Origin: Hyaloraphidium curvatum SAG 235-1
Lineage: Eukaryota > Fungi > Monoblepharomycota
NCBI GenBank assembly: GCA_025558095.1
Contig: JAIVFI010000024.1
Location: 434,001-498,000 of the forward strand
Direction: 5' to 3'
Length of the DNA stretch: 64,000 nucleotides
Shown: positions 58,601 to 64,000 of the stretch, one piece after another
Layout: each line of letters starts with the position of its first letter
How positions within the stretch are numbered: position 1 is the stretch's first letter
Translations under genes and position numbers: made by a program
The notes under the pieces: generated by a model
What the model was told of the DNA's origin: nothing
Database searches by the model: none
Seen by the model: the letters and a program-made list of their open reading frames with translations, nothing else

Positions 58601-59953
58601 TTGGTCAGGATAAGCTTTCGCGAGCCTGACTCGTTTACGCTCCACCTGCTGATCCAGCGTGTGGACTTTCTTCCCTCCGTTGCAACGAGCGAGCCTTTCT
58701 CTCAACATGGATTGATCACAGGACCGTCCGGGGCCCTCTTTATGCTCCCTCCCTCGATCGGCAGAGGCGGATCATGGCTTTCCGCTCGGCAGCGGCTGAG
58801 GCGTTTTCTTTCTTCGCTCCCACTGCGCGCATCGATCCCGCTCTTCGTTGCCGGGATCGATAAACGCGCTTGGGAGGACGGCTTCCGCAGCGAGCTCGTG
58901 CCTCTTATTGCCAGCGAGTTTGCATCCGTTGTCGGCGACGTCGCCATTCTTGGCTTGGACAGCAGTCCCGCACATGATGGAGAAGGGTTGGCAAGCACCA
59001 TCCGCGCCCTAGCGTCGGCCGCCAAACCCCAGCCGGCTCTGAAGTGCGTGTCCTTTCTCGACCTTTGGGAGGAAGCTATTAGGGACGTTTTCGACGCGGC
59101 ACTGCTCAGGATGTGTTGTGCCCTGCCGGGTGGTGGCAGGCGGTTGCTGGACGCTTTCGCGACGCTTCTCCGCTCCACTTTGGTGATCGTTGCGGATCTG
59201 ATTGGCGGAGAAAGGATTCGCGATGTATCTTTCCCTGCTGCCGAGTTTGTGGCGGACGACATGGCTGGCATTCCTCCAATGGGATGGAACGCGTCGGGTC
59301 GTTTGGATAGCATGTTGCAAGTACTGGAGGAGTTCGGGACGTCATTTCCCTCGACCGTCGAGCGACCAGGTGCCGCGGAGGCCGACGGCGGCGGGTCGTC
59401 TCTCTTGGACTTTGCGCGCGAAATGGGTTCGTTGATTGCGCACCACTTGGGCAACGATGGTTATCGCCTCTTTCTCGCCGAAGTCGCGACCTACCTGGGA
59501 CCCTTCGCAGGGCAGGACATGGAAAGTGCTGCAGTGGCTTCCATGGCGAAGTACGCGTGCCTTTCGCTGGATGCGGCCCTTCGGGCAGCTAGCGGGGCAG
59601 TACCACCTTGCATAGTCTTGAAGGACGACTTGGCAGCCGCCCGCGAGCAATTGCGCAGCCGGGCGGGTGCGATCGTTGCCGAGCTCCAGGACGCGTCTTC
59701 AGAGGTGCGACCTGCGGGGAAGGACCAGCGGACGGAAGCGCGTGTCGTAGGACTCAAACGAGGAGGCACGGCGGAGCTTTCTAGCGACAGCCCGAGCAAG
59801 CGGGCTCGCACGGCGGACTCTTCGGACAAGGGCGCGCTTTCGGCACTGCTCGCACGGCTCGCCGATGCGTCCAGCAACGTAGGAACACGGCTCTCATTGG
59901 GGAGTGACAAGGCCTCACCGGGAATACTTCCGAGACGCGGCGAGGCGCAGTGA
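55625..59953 (+). CDS. SAC3: SAC3/GANP family mRNA export factor
   Basis: LVGECPDMCPEFER, AVKRFKRSSAG, DVRPPPVL, FVGDRLRAVANDFIVQN, NEAEFYGYFLL; long C-terminal exon. Confidence 0.92.
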
Positions 59954-59978
59954 GGGGTTGAACGGTGTATGGTAATCA

Positions 59979-61841
59979 CTACACACCGTCCTCGACCGCA
60001 CCATCGGCAGGCGGCGCAGATTTCGCCTTCCCCTTCGTGTCCTTGCTGCTGCCCCCGGGCACAGCGCTGATCAAGACGACCTGCCCGTTCGACACCGTCT
60101 TGATCGGCGTACGCAAAATCGCTCCCATGTCGCGATCGTTCAGGATCGAAAACTCGGAGTGGACGTACGGCAGGGGCGGGCACGATGTGATCCTCAGGGG
60201 CATGGTGCTGTTCGGCGGCACCAGAACGGTGCACTTGAACTGAGCCACGTAAGCCGCGCTTTGGTCAAAGTAGACCGGATAAGGCTCGAGAAGATTGTGC
60301 TGCACGCACTCCAGAATGCCCAGCCTCCCGCGTTTGTCCTCCAAAGCCCTGCGAACGGATGTCAGCGCTGATGTCGCGCGCTTCCGCAGCCCGTGCACAC
60401 CGTATGGAAAAGGGGAAAACAGAAAACCGCTTGCTGATCTCGTTGTAGACCGTGCGGCTGACCTTGAGCTTCAGGTTGAAGGTCTTGTTCACGTTGCGCT
60501 GGTAGACCGTGGGCTTCACTTCGGCCTTCTCCTTCACTTTGCCGTCCCCAGAGCTCATCAGCACGTTCACAGTCCAGACCTGGCCGGCTTCAAAGACGTG
60601 GTCCTCGTCCTTCGCCCGGGTTTGAGTGGCTGCCGCAGGCTTCTGCTCCGCGGTGGCCCCGGTGGCCAAAGGCGCATTGGAGCCTCCTTGCCCTCCCTGC
60701 CCGCCTGGAGCTCCGTTTCCCGTCGCCTTGACCACCTGCTGCGCGGCATTTGCCGGTGGCACCGTCCCGTTGGTCCCTGCCACCGGCGTCGGTGCCCGAC
60801 TCGGCGATCCGGGTGTCCCCGCCGCGGCCCCCGTCCTCTTCCTCGTCTCCCGGACCTCGAGCACGTTCCTCCTCGCCTGCGCGATGGCCTTGTGCCCCGG
60901 TTCGATCGTGGTATGGCATTTGAAGGCTTGTGCGACCTTGCTCAACGCTGTCGTCACCTCGGAAACCTGCAGCAAGAATGAGCGACGGCGGGCCGGGCAG
61001 GCCTGCTGCCGTGGCAGACCTTGTTCCCCGCTTTGAGTATCCGCAACGCCACTTCAAGCCCAAAGTACGCCGCACAGACCACGTCCGCCGCCCGCCCGAG
61101 CACCGGTTGGTCCGGCTTGGGGTTGATCACAGTCGTGTGCGCCGCCGCCGCAACGTAGCCATCGATGTGAACAGCCAGTTCACTAGGTGGCGGAACCGGT
61201 TAGGTCCGCGCCTCCCGGGGCCGGCAATCGAAGGAGCTCCCACATCTTGACCAAGTCGCCGTGGTGTAGCACCTGCAGGTCGTCTTCCAGTGCCGAGTAG
61301 TTGGAAAGGCAGTTGTTCACCGCAATGCTTGTCGGCTTTGCGATCCCCTTCTCAACTCCGCTCTTTTTGAAGACTCGCGACGTCTGCGAGTTCCCCACCC
61401 GTCAGCGCAGTCTGGGCGGGCTACACCGTCACGGACCGATTCCAAGATCAGGCCGTCTCCGTAGGCGCACAGCTCGTACACCCTCCTGCCGGGCTGCACA
61501 GCCTCGACAACCCTGCGCATGACCTCGTTTGCGATGTCCGCGGCGGTGCGGTAGCGCACCATCACGTCGGAGTTTGCGAGCTCGGACGCGACCGGCGTCT
61601 GCAGAGGCGCGCTGGTCGGGGAAGGAGACGGGGCCAAGGTCGCCGGCGGTCGAGCCGGGCCAACGGCGGGCGGATATGGCACGCGGAACTCGGGCGTCTC
61701 GGGCCGCGCGTGGGAGTGGTCGCAAGATCCGTCGTGGTCATGATCCTCGTGCTCATCCGCCAGCGTCTCATCGGGCAGGTCATCCGGCGAAAGACCTTCC
61801 TCCGTCAACACGGCCGTCGAAGCGTCGTCAGGATCCGCCAT
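59979..61841 (-). CDS. PA2G4/Ebp1/Cdb4-like M24-fold protein
   Basis: RYRTAADIAN, KGIAKPTSIAVNN, VHIDGYVA, LKLKVSR, FSVFPFSIR, LGILECVQHNLLEPY, VAQFKCTVLV. Confidence 0.88.
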
Positions 61842-61919
61842 TCGTGTGGAGACAATGAGTTGGTTGTTTGTCGGACTTCCGCCGAAGACAAATCGTCAAA
61901 CTGCTCCGATCTCACACGT

Positions 61920-64000
61920 CTATGCCGCGGAACCGCTGTACACCTGCAGCAGATTGATCTCGGGCGCGCCGAGGTATAGCAGCCCCAACCAACCCGCGCT
62001 CTCTTGAGCGACGTGGCGGACAAACAGTGCGAGCGTCGAGAAGAGGTTCTGCCTCTTCGCCGGCCCTTCTACAACCCTGGTGCCATGCAGAACGAGATTG
62101 AACTGCGGAGGTGCTCGGGAGGATTGCCGTATTTGCACCGAACGCGTGGGATCTGGGCAAACGACCGGGTGGGTCAGCGTCTCCCGCCGCGAACATCCTG
62201 CACAACTCACCGGGCTTGCCGTCCGGGGGAACGAAGAACTTGCTTGTGAAGGGTGTTAGGCTCGTCACGGCAATACCGGCCATCTGGATCTGAATATCCA
62301 GAAACGTGAGGAGGCAATGGAGCACGAGCTGCACGCGAGACGCGGTGTGAGGCACACACGATCCCAAGAACAGCACTCATGCAAACCTCTGCATCCGTCG
62401 GCCGTTGCCGGGTCCACTCTTCCCCTCCGAATGCACCGCCCCCGTCCCACCGGAAGGCAGAGAGCATGCTACCGACGGCCAAATCGCGAATGCGCGCGAC
62501 AATGTAGTCCCGTGAGAAACGTGAGAACGTTTCGGTCGCAGGAAGGGTCAGGTACAGCTCCAGCAGCAGCCGCTTTCGCACGATAGGGTCGTTCGGCCTT
62601 GCGGTGTAGAGGGCGCCCAAGCTCCCAGGTTTCTGCGCCGGCTGTTGCGAAGCCGTGGATTGGAAAAAGCCGCCAAACGCCGAGGGTTTCGGCTGGAAGA
62701 GAGAAGTTGCCAAAGAAGGTGCCGGGGGCGGGGCGGCGTTCGGGGCAAGCATCTTGAGCCCGCCCTTGTTCAGGTCCACAATCCCCAAAAGATCGAGCGC
62801 AGGATAGGCCAGGTACGCGCTCCTCGTGGTCAAATGTGCCAGGCCCTCGGCCTCGAGCGACGTGTCCACCTCGTTGATGACGGCGGCAAGGGGCTCAAAA
62901 ATCATGGTCGACAGCCACCGCCGCATGCGCTCGATAGCCTCGTCCGACACGTCCGGTCCAGCGCCGAGGTCACGCGCGGCATCCACCGCCCCGGCAGAGG
63001 CCACGTGATAGTGGAGCGCAGGAGATGGAGGCGTCGTGCGACCGCCCAGGGGTGTAGACAAGAGGGGAGGTTGCGGCAAAGAAGGAGAGAAGAAGGTACC
63101 GTTGGCAGCCGGGCCCGGTTGGATCATCGACGGCCCCTGCGGCGACTGCAAAGGGCTGGTGAAGGAAGACGTGAACGCCGGCGCAACAGGCGACGAAACT
63201 TGGGCTGACGACCCGAGGGTGCTCGAGGGCGAGAAGAGGATGGGATCTGCCACTAGTTCGTCAGAGTGCCGAATGGATGGTTGCGATGTGCCTTACGGGC
63301 GCGAACGTAGCTCGCTTCCGGTGAAGAGAGCGTAGAGGCCTGTTGGAGCACACGTTCCAGCGCTGAAGTATGCAGAGAGGAATCGGTAAGTGGGCAGCTT
63401 GGACGGGCAAGCTTGGGCAACCGACCTCTCCCGTCCCGTACAGGTTCGCTGTTCGTGCCCATCCTGAGCAAATAATTGCTCAGCGGAGATATGGGGCTGA
63501 ACTGATCCGTTGCCATCGAGTTCGCCAGGGGCGTCGGCGTGTGCGGAATCTGCGCCGGCATCGCGGATGTCGGCGACGAGAGGGGCATCCGCGGCGGCGA
63601 CATCATAATGGCATCAACTTCCATGGTCACGGGCGTTCCGGCCCGGCTACCAGGAGGTGCCGCGGGCGTCGAAGCCAACTGCCTCTTTGCCTCCTCTGCC
63701 TTTCTCGCTGCCTCGGCCGCTGCCCAAGTCCTAAAGTCAGGGAGAGGTTTCGCAGCCCGTCCCTTGAGCAGCGGCGGCACGAGGTTGGACCCAAAAAGCA
63801 CACATGCGGCGAGGACGAGGTATGAAAGGAAGGAAAACGCCCCAGCGAACTGTAGACCAATCCAAGCGCCGGTCGCGACCACGAGGGCCGCACCGTTCGC
63901 CCAGGCAGCCGCTCTGTCCTCGTCCGTGACTGTCTGGGCTCTGACCAGGGCGTCATATTGATCCCAAAGGCGCCCAGACTGCTCGGCACGGGCCAACGGG
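61920..64000 (-). CDS. TMEM209-like nuclear envelope protein (5' end outside window)
   Basis: N-terminal hydrophobic segments, IERMRRWLS..IFEPL, YIVARIRDLA, FRWDGGG..W...PTDAE, VLHCLLTFLD, PPQFNLVL. Confidence 0.75.

Overview
GC-rich, very gene-dense eukaryotic DNA with many short (~50-60 nt) spliceosomal introns. The gene set (ERMES subunit MDM10 together with COPS6, KIN17, TMEM209 and an ABCD4-like transporter) suggests an early-diverging fungus; this is inference. About 25 host genes are packed with 0-450 nt spacers. A ~16 kb transposon island (~39270-55490) holds a young Ty1/copia LTR element and several copies of one APE-RT LINE family. Main observations: (1) the copia element appears to link gag to pol through a tandem-repeat-filled candidate intron and then an in-frame UGA-CUA stop followed by a 9-bp hairpin, i.e. 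splicing plus readthrough; (2) LINE ORF1 and ORF2 are in frame, separated by one UAG, with endonuclease motifs upstream of the first ORF2 AUG; (3) two LINE copies carry complementary codon-exact deletions; (4) a bacterial-type FabI gene has 6 introns; (5) a CBM21 + Btz/CASC3 fusion protein. Exon boundaries were read by eye and family calls come from motif recognition, not database searches.
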